Virus record (IMG/VR): IMGVR_UViG_3300009151_000035
Location: 64,001 to 128,000 of that record
DNA length: 64,000 nucleotides
Reading direction: 5' to 3' (one strand)
Source of the DNA: a virus
Shown: one piece after another, positions 47,834 through 56,870 of the stretch
Layout: the number at the start of each line of letters is the position of its first letter
How positions within the stretch are numbered: the first letter of the stretch is position 1
Notes under the pieces: generated by a model
Database searches by the model: none
Told to the model about the DNA's origin: nothing
Seen by the model: only the letters and a program-made list of their open reading frames with translations
Program-made: the position numbers and the translations under genes

Positions 47834-48931
47834 TTGACTTATTGCTCTCAAAAGTTTTGGTGGCTTACGGTAGAACCCGAACGCCGCACAGTTGCCAGTT
47901 GCTGTGCAGCTACTCCGCAACGAGTAGATTCTACAACAACAGATTTGTTTAATATTGTTGAGTTTCAGCAAGACAGGCAAAACATGCTTGAGGGCAATCA
48001 AGTCAGCAGTTGCGAGGCAACTTGTTGGCAACCAGAAAGGCAAGGAAGACTTAGTAGACGATTGGTAATGCACAGTGATCAAGTAACGCATACTAATATT
48101 GAATGCATGCCAACTACATTGCATATTGTTCTTGGTAGTGATTGTAATCTAACTTGCAGTTATTGTTGTAAACAGTATAGCACTGCTTGGTTGAGAGATA
48201 TTGAAAATAATGGCGTATATTTTGATCAAGAAAGATTTCGAGTAAACATCAGTGACAAGGTTGTATCTAAATTAGGACAAAAAGCCATCAAAGGAAGTAA
48301 ATCCTATTTAGGCATTTTAGATTCTGTTATGCAATACAAACATGCAGACACTATTGAAATTACTGGCGGCGAACCTTTTTTATATAACGGGCTTGTTGAT
48401 ATTGTAAGTGGTTTTCGACGTTCAAATATTTTTACAGGACTGGGTGTTAGCCCGACAAGATTTCGAAGAATATTAGATCAGTTACCTCGCACAACCACGT
48501 TGACAGTGAGTGCAGAAAATATCGAAGCCTTGTATGAATTCAATCGGTATGGCAACTCATGGGATCAGTTCCAGGAAAATTTACAAACAATAAGAGAATT
48601 TGGATTTGACTATCAGTTTTGTAGTGTGATCAGCAACACCACCATTCAAGGATTCAGACAATTTTTAGATTGGTCCGGAGATCGCAAAATTATAATTAAC
48701 CCATGCAGTGATCCTGATTACCAAAGTGCATCAGTGCTAGATGACGAAACCAAAGAACTTGTAAATTCTTGTAAATATGACCGTTACGATGATATCGTAA
48801 CACAGTGTATAAACGCAGCTACCAATGATTACCAAGTCACTCAGTTTAAACAATATATAAAAGAATTTGCGAAAAGAAGAGCATTGTCATTTGATGCTTT
48901 TCCGCAAAGTTTTCAAAAGTGGATCAATTAG
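47834..48931 (+). CDS. Radical SAM enzyme with N-terminal twitch-like domain
   Basis: YCSQKF...ASCC...CEATC, then CNLTCSYC and TGGEPF; TTG start abuts the uvsX stop. Confidence 0.85.
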   Translation: MTYCSQKFWWLTVEPERRTVASCCAATPQRVDSTTTDLFNIVEFQQDRQNMLEGNQVSSCEATCWQPERQGRLSRRLVMHSDQVTHTNIECMPTTLHIVLGSDCNLTCSYCCKQYSTAWLRDIENNGVYFDQERFRVNISDKVVSKLGQKAIKGSKSYLGILDSVMQYKHADTIEITGGEPFLYNGLVDIVSGFRRSNIFTGLGVSPTRFRRILDQLPRTTTLTVSAENIEALYEFNRYGNSWDQFQENLQTIREFGFDYQFCSVISNTTIQGFRQFLDWSGDRKIIINPCSDPDYQSASVLDDETKELVNSCKYDRYDDIVTQCINAATNDYQVTQFKQYIKEFAKRRALSFDAFPQSFQKWIN

Positions 48932-48943
48932 TAAAGGAAAAAT

Positions 48944-49201
48944 ATGGAAACAATCGTAAGTGAAATCTGGAGCGAACTCAAGCGGTTTGTAAACACTGTT
49001 GATCGAGCCGAGGCGGCAGAGACTGTGGTGCAAATCTTAATGGACAATGATAGTGATGTAGAAGATATCCGCAACGCTTTCAAAGGTGATACTGATATCA
49101 AACGAGCACTCACAGCATATCTTGACAACGACAAAGACTATGCTGAAGACGAAGAAGATCCTGAAGAAGAGGATTACAACGAAGACGACTGGGAAAATTA
49201 A
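48944..49201 (+). CDS. Small hypothetical protein with acidic C-terminal tail
   Basis: SD AAGGA; coupled to uvsY. Confidence 0.65.
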   Translation: METIVSEIWSELKRFVNTVDRAEAAETVVQILMDNDSDVEDIRNAFKGDTDIKRALTAYLDNDKDYAEDEEDPEEEDYNEDDWEN

Positions 49202-49653
49202 TGTGGTATAGTCGAGTAGTGGCTGGGCTTGATGCTATTCCAGATTTTATAGCACACTACGAGCGTGAAATAACTGACGCTAAAAAAGACTGCCGCATTG
49301 CTGGCATTGTTGAAAAAAACATAACAGCACTCCCGGGTATTACTGAGTTTAGATACAACCAGCTTCAAGAGATTGAAGCTGTGTTGAACTATCTCAACAT
49401 CCAACTGCGCAAGATACGCAGAAAACACTTTCAAAAATACCTGGAAGGCTATGCCCGTGCGCTTACTTCACGAGATGCTGAAAAGTATGTGGATGGTGAG
49501 GACGAAGTGATTGACTACGAAACCATAATCAACGAAGTGGCATACTTGCGCAATCGTTGGTTGGGCATCATGAAGGGTCTGGATACCAAGCAGTGGCAAA
49601 TGGGTCACATTGTTCGTCTAAGAACTGCTGGCATGGAAGACATCCAGGTGTGA
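49201..49653 (+). CDS. uvsY: Recombination mediator UvsY-like
   Basis: Helical 150-aa protein; KYLE.Y.RAL...DAEKYVDGE, I.K.LD.KQWQ; near uvsX. Confidence 0.75.
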   Translation: MWYSRVVAGLDAIPDFIAHYEREITDAKKDCRIAGIVEKNITALPGITEFRYNQLQEIEAVLNYLNIQLRKIRRKHFQKYLEGYARALTSRDAEKYVDGEDEVIDYETIINEVAYLRNRWLGIMKGLDTKQWQMGHIVRLRTAGMEDIQV

Positions 49654-49853
49654 AACAAGACTATTTTGATTGGAAAAATCAACAGGCTGTAAACAATCAA
49701 GAACAACTTGAATTGCAATGGCAACAAGTTCGCAGCCAGTTGACTCTCGAAGAATTGGCCTGGCAAAATGATCTAGAAGAAATACAACTTGTATTGTTGA
49801 TTGTTCTAGTCGCAAGTTGGATTGCATACTGGTATTTTTCGGTACACTTGTAA
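49650..49853 (+). CDS. Small protein with C-terminal transmembrane helix
   Basis: GTGA overlap with the uvsY stop; hydrophobic IQLVLLIVLVASWIAYWYF. Confidence 0.45.
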   Translation: MKQDYFDWKNQQAVNNQEQLELQWQQVRSQLTLEELAWQNDLEEIQLVLLIVLVASWIAYWYFSVHL

Positions 49854-49873
49854 TTACAGTGATACATAACAGT

Positions 49874-50635
49874 ATGAAAATTGCACTTGTCACCGGCGGC
49901 TTTGACCCGCTACACTCCGGGCACATTGCCTATTTCAAAGCAGCACGCACACTGGGCGACATGCTGATTGTGGGTCTCAATTCGGATGAATGGCTCACAC
50001 GCAAAAAAGGTCGGCCGTTTATGCCGTGGACAGAAAGATTGTGTGTGATAAACAATCTTGCCATGGTAGATGAAGTTTACACCTTTGATGATTCAGACGG
50101 TTCTGCATGTCATTTTATACAGCAGATTCGAGCACACTATCCTGATGCTGACCTTGTGTTTGCCAATGGCGGCGATCGTACACACACAAACATTCCAGAG
50201 ATGGATGTTAAAGATAGCAATTTAGAATTTGCATTTGGTGTAGGCGGATCCAACAAAACAAATTCAAGCTCGTGGATTTTGGAAGATTGGAAAAAGCCTC
50301 GGACTCAACGAGCTTGGGGGTATTATCGTGTGCTACACGAAGTCGGCGCCAACACCAAGCTGAAAGAACTCACAGTCACACCTAAAACTTGCCTGAGCAT
50401 GCAACGACATGACAAGCGAGCAGAGTTTTGGTTTGTGGCCGAAGGTGAAGCCACAGTATACACACTGGATTCTAGTACCGATAGAGATGTTAAAGACCAT
50501 CTTACTGTACATGAGTCATGTTGGATCAACCGTAACGAATGGCATCAACTGTGCAATGAAACTGATCGCCCACTTCGACTGATTGAAATACAGTTTGGCG
50601 AAGATTGTGTGGAAGAAGATATCGAACGCCTATGA
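49874..50635 (+). CDS. Cytidylyltransferase-like (HIGH) nucleotidyltransferase fused to a type II mannose-6-phosphate isomerase-like cupin
   Basis: VTGGFDPLHSGH, GLNSDEWL.RKKGRP, FANGGDR; then RAWGYY, LSMQRH..RAEFW, IEIQ.G..C.EEDIER. Confidence 0.85.
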   Translation: MKIALVTGGFDPLHSGHIAYFKAARTLGDMLIVGLNSDEWLTRKKGRPFMPWTERLCVINNLAMVDEVYTFDDSDGSACHFIQQIRAHYPDADLVFANGGDRTHTNIPEMDVKDSNLEFAFGVGGSNKTNSSSWILEDWKKPRTQRAWGYYRVLHEVGANTKLKELTVTPKTCLSMQRHDKRAEFWFVAEGEATVYTLDSSTDRDVKDHLTVHESCWINRNEWHQLCNETDRPLRLIEIQFGEDCVEEDIERL

Positions 50636-51312
50636 AGCCAATTCCAATTTTCGTAGGGTATGATCCAAGAGAAGCCATTGCATATCATACCTGTGTAAAT
50701 TCAATCATACGCAACAGCAGTCAACCTGTGGCCATTGTGCCTGTGGCACTAAATTTGTTTCGAGACTACAGCGAAACACACACAGACGGAAGCAATCATT
50801 TTATCTACACACGATTCCTTGTGCCCCATCTCATGCAATACGAAGGCTGGGCAGTATTCATTGACGGCGATATGATTGTGCGTGGAGACATTGCAGAACT
50901 TTGGAACTTGAGGCAACTTGACAAAGATGTCATGGTAGTCAAACATAATTACAAAACCAGCCGGACCGAAAAGTACCTTGGCGCCAAAAACGAAGACTAT
51001 CCATGCAAGAACTGGTCAAGTGTTATACTGTGGAATTGCAACAGCCATCCCAATAGACGTCTCACACCAGAATTCGTGCAAAAGTCCACTGGCGCCGAAC
51101 TGCATAGATTCACATGGCTAAAGGACGAACGCATAGGCGAATTGCCTCCAGAATGGAATTGGTTGCCTGATGAATACGGGCCAAACCCCGCGGCCAAGCT
51201 CTTGCATTATACCTTGGGCACTCCATGCTTTCACGAGTTTGCTGATACACCACAAGGCAACGAGTGGCACCGGGAACGCATGCTTACAGAATATTGTCAA
51301 CAACGCATATGA
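50632..51312 (+). CDS. GT-A fold glycosyltransferase (GT8-like)
   Basis: IFVGYDPRE, F.YTRFLVP, FIDGDM (DxD), KNWSSV.LWN, WNWL, LHYTLG.P. Confidence 0.8.
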   Translation: MKPIPIFVGYDPREAIAYHTCVNSIIRNSSQPVAIVPVALNLFRDYSETHTDGSNHFIYTRFLVPHLMQYEGWAVFIDGDMIVRGDIAELWNLRQLDKDVMVVKHNYKTSRTEKYLGAKNEDYPCKNWSSVILWNCNSHPNRRLTPEFVQKSTGAELHRFTWLKDERIGELPPEWNWLPDEYGPNPAAKLLHYTLGTPCFHEFADTPQGNEWHRERMLTEYCQQRI

Positions 51313-52070
51313 TTTTTTTAAGCAAAAATGGCAAGGATGAATACATTAACATGCTTGCGTATGGCTGTGGACAACAACCAGTCGCTGATTTTGATTATGA
51401 TGCCAGTGACCAACCTATAGTTTTGCGTGGTATCTTAAAACACAAAATAATGAAACGCTGTTGGCACGACAAGCGAGATTTTTATTACGTAGACACTGGA
51501 TACTTTGGCAACGGTCGATGGAAGCAATGGCATCGCATTGTAAAAAATAATTTGCAGTTGACAGAGATACAGAATAGCCCGGGAGACCGTTGGGAAAAAC
51601 ATGGACTCAAATTTCAACCATGGCGACAAGGCCGCAATATTGTGGTGGCTGCACCTGATGAGAAACCTTGTAAATTTTATGAGATAGATCTCAATACTTG
51701 GATAGAACAAACAGTTGCCATAATTCGACAACATACTGACAGACCAGTAGTAGTAAGACAACGATCTCCCAAACGCATAGACAGAATAACCACAGATACC
51801 CTAGCACAAGCTCTAACAGATGCACATGCCTTGGTCACATTCAATTCTAATGCTGCAACCGAAAGTATATTATTAGGAGTTCCTGTATTTACTCTTGCTC
51901 CTAACGCTGCTGGACCAGTTGGATTGCAAGATCTATCGCAAATTGAAAAGCCGTATTATCCCGATCAGGATAAATTACATGCATGGGCCTGTCATTTAGC
52001 TTATGGACAGTTTCATAACGACGAACTTAGTGACGGCACAGCCGCTAGAATATTATTTGAACATGACTAA
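51309..52070 (+). CDS. Capsule polysaccharide biosynthesis-like (KpsC/KpsS-type GT-B) protein
   Basis: YVDTGYF, TDRPVVVR, VTFNSNAA.E..L.GVPV. Confidence 0.6.
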   Translation: MIFLSKNGKDEYINMLAYGCGQQPVADFDYDASDQPIVLRGILKHKIMKRCWHDKRDFYYVDTGYFGNGRWKQWHRIVKNNLQLTEIQNSPGDRWEKHGLKFQPWRQGRNIVVAAPDEKPCKFYEIDLNTWIEQTVAIIRQHTDRPVVVRQRSPKRIDRITTDTLAQALTDAHALVTFNSNAATESILLGVPVFTLAPNAAGPVGLQDLSQIEKPYYPDQDKLHAWACHLAYGQFHNDELSDGTAARILFEHD

Positions 52071-52824
52071 ATTTGCAGTAGTTACCAGTATGGATCATGC
52101 ATATTATGAAAAATGCGGGCGTGCCTGCATCGAAAGTTTCAATCAGTATTGGCCCAACAGCATACCCTTGTATGTGTATGATGAAGGCATTCAAGATCGA
52201 CCTAAACATAAAACGGTACACTATCAACCCTGGACAGATCTTGGAAAAGACTATAAAGAGTTCATTGCAGGACCTTGGACCTCTAGAACTATCACTTTTG
52301 CTAAAAAAGCATTCAGTATCATGGCAGGTGCTCGGGATATAGATTGCGATAGGTTAATTTGGCTGGACGCTGATGTAGTTACACTACAAGAGATAAATCA
52401 ACATCTTTTGGATTTGATTTCTCCCCCAGAGATATTGAGCACACATTATGGTGTGATGCATCCTTGGCCCAGCGACACTGATCAAACTAGATTTAGTTTT
52501 AGTTGCGAAACTGGTTTTTTTATATTGAATCGCCGACATGCCATGTTTGAGACCATGATGAATCAATATCAAGATTGGTATGTGACCGGCAGAGGAAATG
52601 AGTTACGAAGATTTTATGATGGCGAAGTTTATGGAGCAGTAATCAAAGAAATGGAAAATCAAGGTGCTAGAGTTATGGAACTAAATCCGGAACAGCGACA
52701 CAGAACACCTATTCCTCGCAGTGTAATGGCTCCTTATATCATGCACTACAAGGCTGGAGCGAAAGAACCTTTTAACAGCGAAATGCTGTTACAGCATCAT
52801 GGCATCAGTAGCAGTATATCATAA
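52063..52824 (+). CDS. GT-A fold glycosyltransferase
   Basis: AVVTS, LIWLDAD, CETGF, MHYK; paralog of 55201-56010. Confidence 0.7.
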   Translation: MTKFAVVTSMDHAYYEKCGRACIESFNQYWPNSIPLYVYDEGIQDRPKHKTVHYQPWTDLGKDYKEFIAGPWTSRTITFAKKAFSIMAGARDIDCDRLIWLDADVVTLQEINQHLLDLISPPEILSTHYGVMHPWPSDTDQTRFSFSCETGFFILNRRHAMFETMMNQYQDWYVTGRGNELRRFYDGEVYGAVIKEMENQGARVMELNPEQRHRTPIPRSVMAPYIMHYKAGAKEPFNSEMLLQHHGISSSIS

Positions 52825-53710
52825 GTCGGTTCCTTCAAGTAATAAAAATCTTGAGAAGCCTTTGATTTTGACCAACTTTTCTCAAGGTGTAAAAAGAACT
52901 GGCGATGTAGTAATTGATGTGCAAGGATATGAGTGTGTGTCAACAGATGTTGGCATGATACAAGGTTGGGTACACGCTCTAACAGATACTCCGCATTTGA
53001 AGTTGCGTCACTCAGCGATACTATCACATCGCAGCATTGTTGCAGCAGATAGCAATTTATTCTTGTACAAAAACAGTACCAACCCAGGAAATTATTTGCG
53101 ATACAGCTTCAATGGTATTTTTCCTAATTCTGGAATTTACTGTGATGATCAAGTTGATCCTGCAAGATGGCAGCAAATACAACGCAATCTCAATCTTGCT
53201 GTAAAAGACTATAGGAAATCAGGACAACACATTTTGCTATGCTTACAACGTAACGGTGGTTGGAGTATGGCCGGACTTGATGTAGTTGCGTGGACACTAG
53301 ATACTATTAACACTTTAAGAAAACATACTTCTAGACCAATTGTGATTCGTGCTCATCCGGGAGATAAGTCAAGTAAGAATTATGTAAAACAATTGCAGGG
53401 ACTTGTAAATGTAAATATCAGTGAACCGGGAAGAACCATTGAACAAGATTTAGTTGACTGTTGGGCAGTGATCAATTACAATTCCAGTTCCGTGGTTGGT
53501 GCTGCCATAGAAGGATATCCAGTATTTGTAACTGATCCTGTCCGTAGCCAATGCAAAGATATCGCCAACACTGATCTGGCCCAAATTGAAAATCCAGTAT
53601 TGTATGACAGACAGTCTTGGTTGGAACGCATATCCATGTTCCACTGGAATTTTCAAGAACTCAGCAATGGTGCATGTTGGACACACATGCGAAAATGGAT
53701 CAATAAGTAA
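52799..53710 (+). CDS. Capsule polysaccharide biosynthesis-like (KpsC/KpsS-type GT-B) protein
   Basis: ILLCLQ, RPIVIRAHP, VINYNSS..V.A.IEGYPV. Confidence 0.6.
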   Translation: MASVAVYHKSVPSSNKNLEKPLILTNFSQGVKRTGDVVIDVQGYECVSTDVGMIQGWVHALTDTPHLKLRHSAILSHRSIVAADSNLFLYKNSTNPGNYLRYSFNGIFPNSGIYCDDQVDPARWQQIQRNLNLAVKDYRKSGQHILLCLQRNGGWSMAGLDVVAWTLDTINTLRKHTSRPIVIRAHPGDKSSKNYVKQLQGLVNVNISEPGRTIEQDLVDCWAVINYNSSSVVGAAIEGYPVFVTDPVRSQCKDIANTDLAQIENPVLYDRQSWLERISMFHWNFQELSNGACWTHMRKWINK

Positions 53711-53714
53711 CAAC

Positions 53715-54386
53715 ATGACACATATAATTAACGATTTACAATTTCCGTTTGAAGACTACTTTCAGAAACATTCTGGAAATATTTTATTATTTGGCAAAGC
53801 TTCTAGAGATGTGGCACTGACCCATGTTAAAAATTATCGCACAGTTGTGGACATTGGTGCTCACGTTGGTATCAGCGTTCATTGTTGGGCGCCACTGTTT
53901 GAACAAGTGATAGCATTTGAGCCAATGGTCGATCATTACGAGTGTCTGATGGAGAATACAAAGAAATTTTCAAATGTAACTGTACACAATTGTGCAATGT
54001 CAAATCAAAACGCCATGCTCAAAGGTGCGTATCGCACACTCAAGAATTCGGGTAGTTTTCAATTGGTAGACGACGAGTTTATTAGAACTAATCGTAAACA
54101 AACAACTATCTATAACATTCCTAGTCGCAGATTAGATGAGTTTGAATTAACTGATGTTGACCTTATTAAAGTGGATGTGGAGGGCTGGGAGTTTGAAGTA
54201 CTCAAAGGCGCCCAGGAAACAATAAGTCGTTGCCGTCCTACTTTAATGATCGAATTCACTGGCGGCGGTGCTCGTAAAAGCATGACCAGTTACAATGTTG
54301 ACGAATATCAAAAATTAATTGATGATCTTGGATACCATTCAGTAGCCAGTGTAGACGACGATACAATATACATTCCCAATGATTGA
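53715..54386 (+). CDS. FkbM-family SAM-dependent methyltransferase
   Basis: VVDIGAHVG, AFEP, LIKVDVEGWE..VLKGA, P.LMIE; ATG 53715 preferred. Confidence 0.9.
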   Translation: MTHIINDLQFPFEDYFQKHSGNILLFGKASRDVALTHVKNYRTVVDIGAHVGISVHCWAPLFEQVIAFEPMVDHYECLMENTKKFSNVTVHNCAMSNQNAMLKGAYRTLKNSGSFQLVDDEFIRTNRKQTTIYNIPSRRLDEFELTDVDLIKVDVEGWEFEVLKGAQETISRCRPTLMIEFTGGGARKSMTSYNVDEYQKLIDDLGYHSVASVDDDTIYIPND

Positions 54387-55215
54387 TAGTTTTTTATATT
54401 ACAATGAGCAAGATGTTTTTTTCTTGCGTGTGCAATATCTTAACAAGTTTGTTGACAAGTTTGTTATTGTAGAAACTGACACAACGTTTAGTTGCCAGCC
54501 GCATGTCGCACAGTTTGATGCAGTGTACAAACAACTACCTTCAGACATACAAAAAAAGATAGTGTACCACTATCTCAAAATTGACAAGAGTAAATTCCAG
54601 TCTGGCGATGAACATTACAAGGACAATAGTCGTTATGTTGAACGCGAAATGCGTCATCAGAAAGCTCGCATGATTCGTGCCGAAAGCAACAATGACTGGG
54701 TTATGGTAAGCGACCTTGATGAAATCTGGGATGTTCGCAAACTGGATGAAGCCAAGGCCTTGGTTGATCAGCATGGCAAAATGTTTTTTGCTCAAGACAA
54801 TCGTACTGCTTTTATAGATTGGCGCATGGATTATGATCGCTGGCCTGGCACTAGATTCACAAGAGTAGACATCATGCCTGATCCTATACAAAAATTGTAC
54901 ATGAGTAAAAAGAAAACATGGGGTGCATTTAATAATGTGTACCTCGAAGCAGGTTGGCATCTTACACTGATGGGCAATGCCAAAATGAAAGCTGCACATA
55001 TAGATAGTCTGCGCGAAGGACCGGGGTGGACAGACAAATTAAAAAAATCAAGCAGTGAAATTGCTCAAGGCATGCTGTCGGGGCATTATAACACCGTGAT
55101 CAAAAAAGGTGGTATGCGAGCAACCAAAATAGGAGTTAATGACTTGGACCCAGATCTGGTAGTATTGGCTAAGAAATTTCCAGATCTATGGAGCAACGAT
55201 TTAACACCTATCTAA
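54379..55215 (+). CDS. GT17-like glycosyltransferase
   Basis: IDSF.Y.NE.D...LR......VDKFVIVE...TFS, E...R, VSDLDEI, GWHL. Confidence 0.75.
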   Translation: MIDSFLYYNEQDVFFLRVQYLNKFVDKFVIVETDTTFSCQPHVAQFDAVYKQLPSDIQKKIVYHYLKIDKSKFQSGDEHYKDNSRYVEREMRHQKARMIRAESNNDWVMVSDLDEIWDVRKLDEAKALVDQHGKMFFAQDNRTAFIDWRMDYDRWPGTRFTRVDIMPDPIQKLYMSKKKTWGAFNNVYLEAGWHLTLMGNAKMKAAHIDSLREGPGWTDKLKKSSSEIAQGMLSGHYNTVIKKGGMRATKIGVNDLDPDLVVLAKKFPDLWSNDLTPI

Positions 55216-56010
55216 GTTGGTCCAATAACTTTCTTGTCTAATTACTTTCAAATCTTTGGGCTTGCTTCTGCCTAATGTTTTGCGATCACCTTTGAGATGG
55301 TCCAAGTATGCACCCCACTTTGAATTGATCAATGGATGACCTTCGCCTGTGATTAGGTGGCTGCTCCAGTCCAACTCGTGTAAACTAGTCTGCCGACGAA
55401 CAGCATCAAAAACAAAACTATCATGCCATTCGTCCAGTGTAAAAATACCTTGTTCGGCGTCATCGTAATACTTTTGAAATTTAGTTAAAAAATCTCTCGT
55501 GCCGGGTCTGCTAAGATTCATGGCATACAGTCCACATTCGGTATATTTGCTACGCCGCCCTAAAAAACATAAATCACTTGTTTCTGGACACAGGTTTTCT
55601 AAATCTTTCACAGTTATAGGACTGTGGCATACAGTATCTGCATCCATCCAGATCAACCAATCAGTATCAGCATGTTTGGCACAATGAAAAATGCTGTACA
55701 CCTTGTGAGCAAAACGAACAGCGTCCCATTTGAATCCTTTGCCAGCATCCCGGCGTTTTGATCTAACTGGATCGCCACTTACATCGCCATTGGCTCGGGG
55801 AACGCCCTGCCACTGTTGTTTGAATGCAGTTAGTTGGTTGACCACGGCAATATCACGTACTAGAAGATTAGGTGCAGTTTCGTTTACGCTACAGCCTTCT
55901 GCGTATACAACCAGATTAACTGGCCAGTTTTGCAAAAATGTTTGGATCATGCGCTGGCCGTACTTTGCATAACCATCTGCATTAAACGTGGTAATTACAG
56001 TGTATTTCAT
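55201..56010 (-). CDS. GT-A fold glycosyltransferase (inverted orientation)
   Basis: VITTF, WDAVRFAHKVY, LIWMDAD, ECG, EWHDSFVFD, DHLKG. Confidence 0.75.
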   Translation of the reverse strand: MKYTVITTFNADGYAKYGQRMIQTFLQNWPVNLVVYAEGCSVNETAPNLLVRDIAVVNQLTAFKQQWQGVPRANGDVSGDPVRSKRRDAGKGFKWDAVRFAHKVYSIFHCAKHADTDWLIWMDADTVCHSPITVKDLENLCPETSDLCFLGRRSKYTECGLYAMNLSRPGTRDFLTKFQKYYDDAEQGIFTLDEWHDSFVFDAVRRQTSLHELDWSSHLITGEGHPLINSKWGAYLDHLKGDRKTLGRSKPKDLKVIRQESYWTNLDRC

Positions 56011-56021
56011 CTCACATACTT

Positions 56022-56870
56022 ATGATCAATAACGTAGCCTATTTTCCTTCTCAATGTGCTCAAAACAGCAGACCCGTAATGAGTGCAGTGCTGGATTATT
56101 TTCAAGCCCGCGGCATACAAACACAAGAGAATTCAATGCAATCGGATGCGGCTGTGATTTGGTCGGTGTTGTGGGCAGGCCGAATGGCGCCTAACCAAGA
56201 AGTATACAAGCACTATCGATCACAAGGCAAGCCAGTGGTCATAATTGAAGTAGGTGCGCTGTATCGCGGTAACACCTGGAAGATTGCAGTAAACAATATT
56301 ACTGCACAAGGCTACTATGGCCACTTGGACAATTTAGACTGGGATCGACCTGCCAAACTAAAGATCAGTTTGGCCAAGCAAATTGGTAGCAAACCCAATA
56401 TTGTGATTGCCGCACAACATGATCGCAGTCTACAGGTTACTGGTGTTGACATGACTGACTGGGTCAATAACACAATTGGTATTCTTAGAAACAACACAGA
56501 CCGTCCTATCACCATACGTCCGCATCCACGCTGTAGACTGTTGTTAAATAGCTTGCCGCCGGGTGTGATTATTGAATCACCGCAAAAGTTAGCCAACACA
56601 TATGACAGTTATGACATGCACTTTGATTGTCATGCTGTAGTCAACCTCAATTCAGGTCCGGGCATACAGGCAGCCATAGCAGGGGTAAGACCAGTGGTAG
56701 AATTGACCAGTTTGGCATATCCTGTGGCGGTAGGGGTTAGTGACATCGAACAGCCTTATGAAAAAGACCGACAACTATGGCTCACACAGATTTGCCATAC
56801 CGAATACACTGTAGAAGAATTGCAAAGAGGAACATGGCTAAAAAGAATAGAACCCGCACTGACCAAATGA
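56022..56870 (+). CDS. Capsule polysaccharide biosynthesis-like (KpsC/KpsS-type GT-B) protein
   Basis: IEVGAL.R, Q..RSLQ, RPITIRPHP, NSGPGI.A.IAGV. Confidence 0.6.
   Translation: MINNVAYFPSQCAQNSRPVMSAVLDYFQARGIQTQENSMQSDAAVIWSVLWAGRMAPNQEVYKHYRSQGKPVVIIEVGALYRGNTWKIAVNNITAQGYYGHLDNLDWDRPAKLKISLAKQIGSKPNIVIAAQHDRSLQVTGVDMTDWVNNTIGILRNNTDRPITIRPHPRCRLLLNSLPPGVIIESPQKLANTYDSYDMHFDCHAVVNLNSGPGIQAAIAGVRPVVELTSLAYPVAVGVSDIEQPYEKDRQLWLTQICHTEYTVEELQRGTWLKRIEPALTK

Noticed and set aside
15735-48931. Radical SAM genes as QueE, NrdG or MoaA orthologs (7-deazaguanine or anaerobic RNR pathways)
   Set aside because: No queC/queD/folE/dpdA, nrdD or moaC genes in the window, and the motif spacing and domain order do not match
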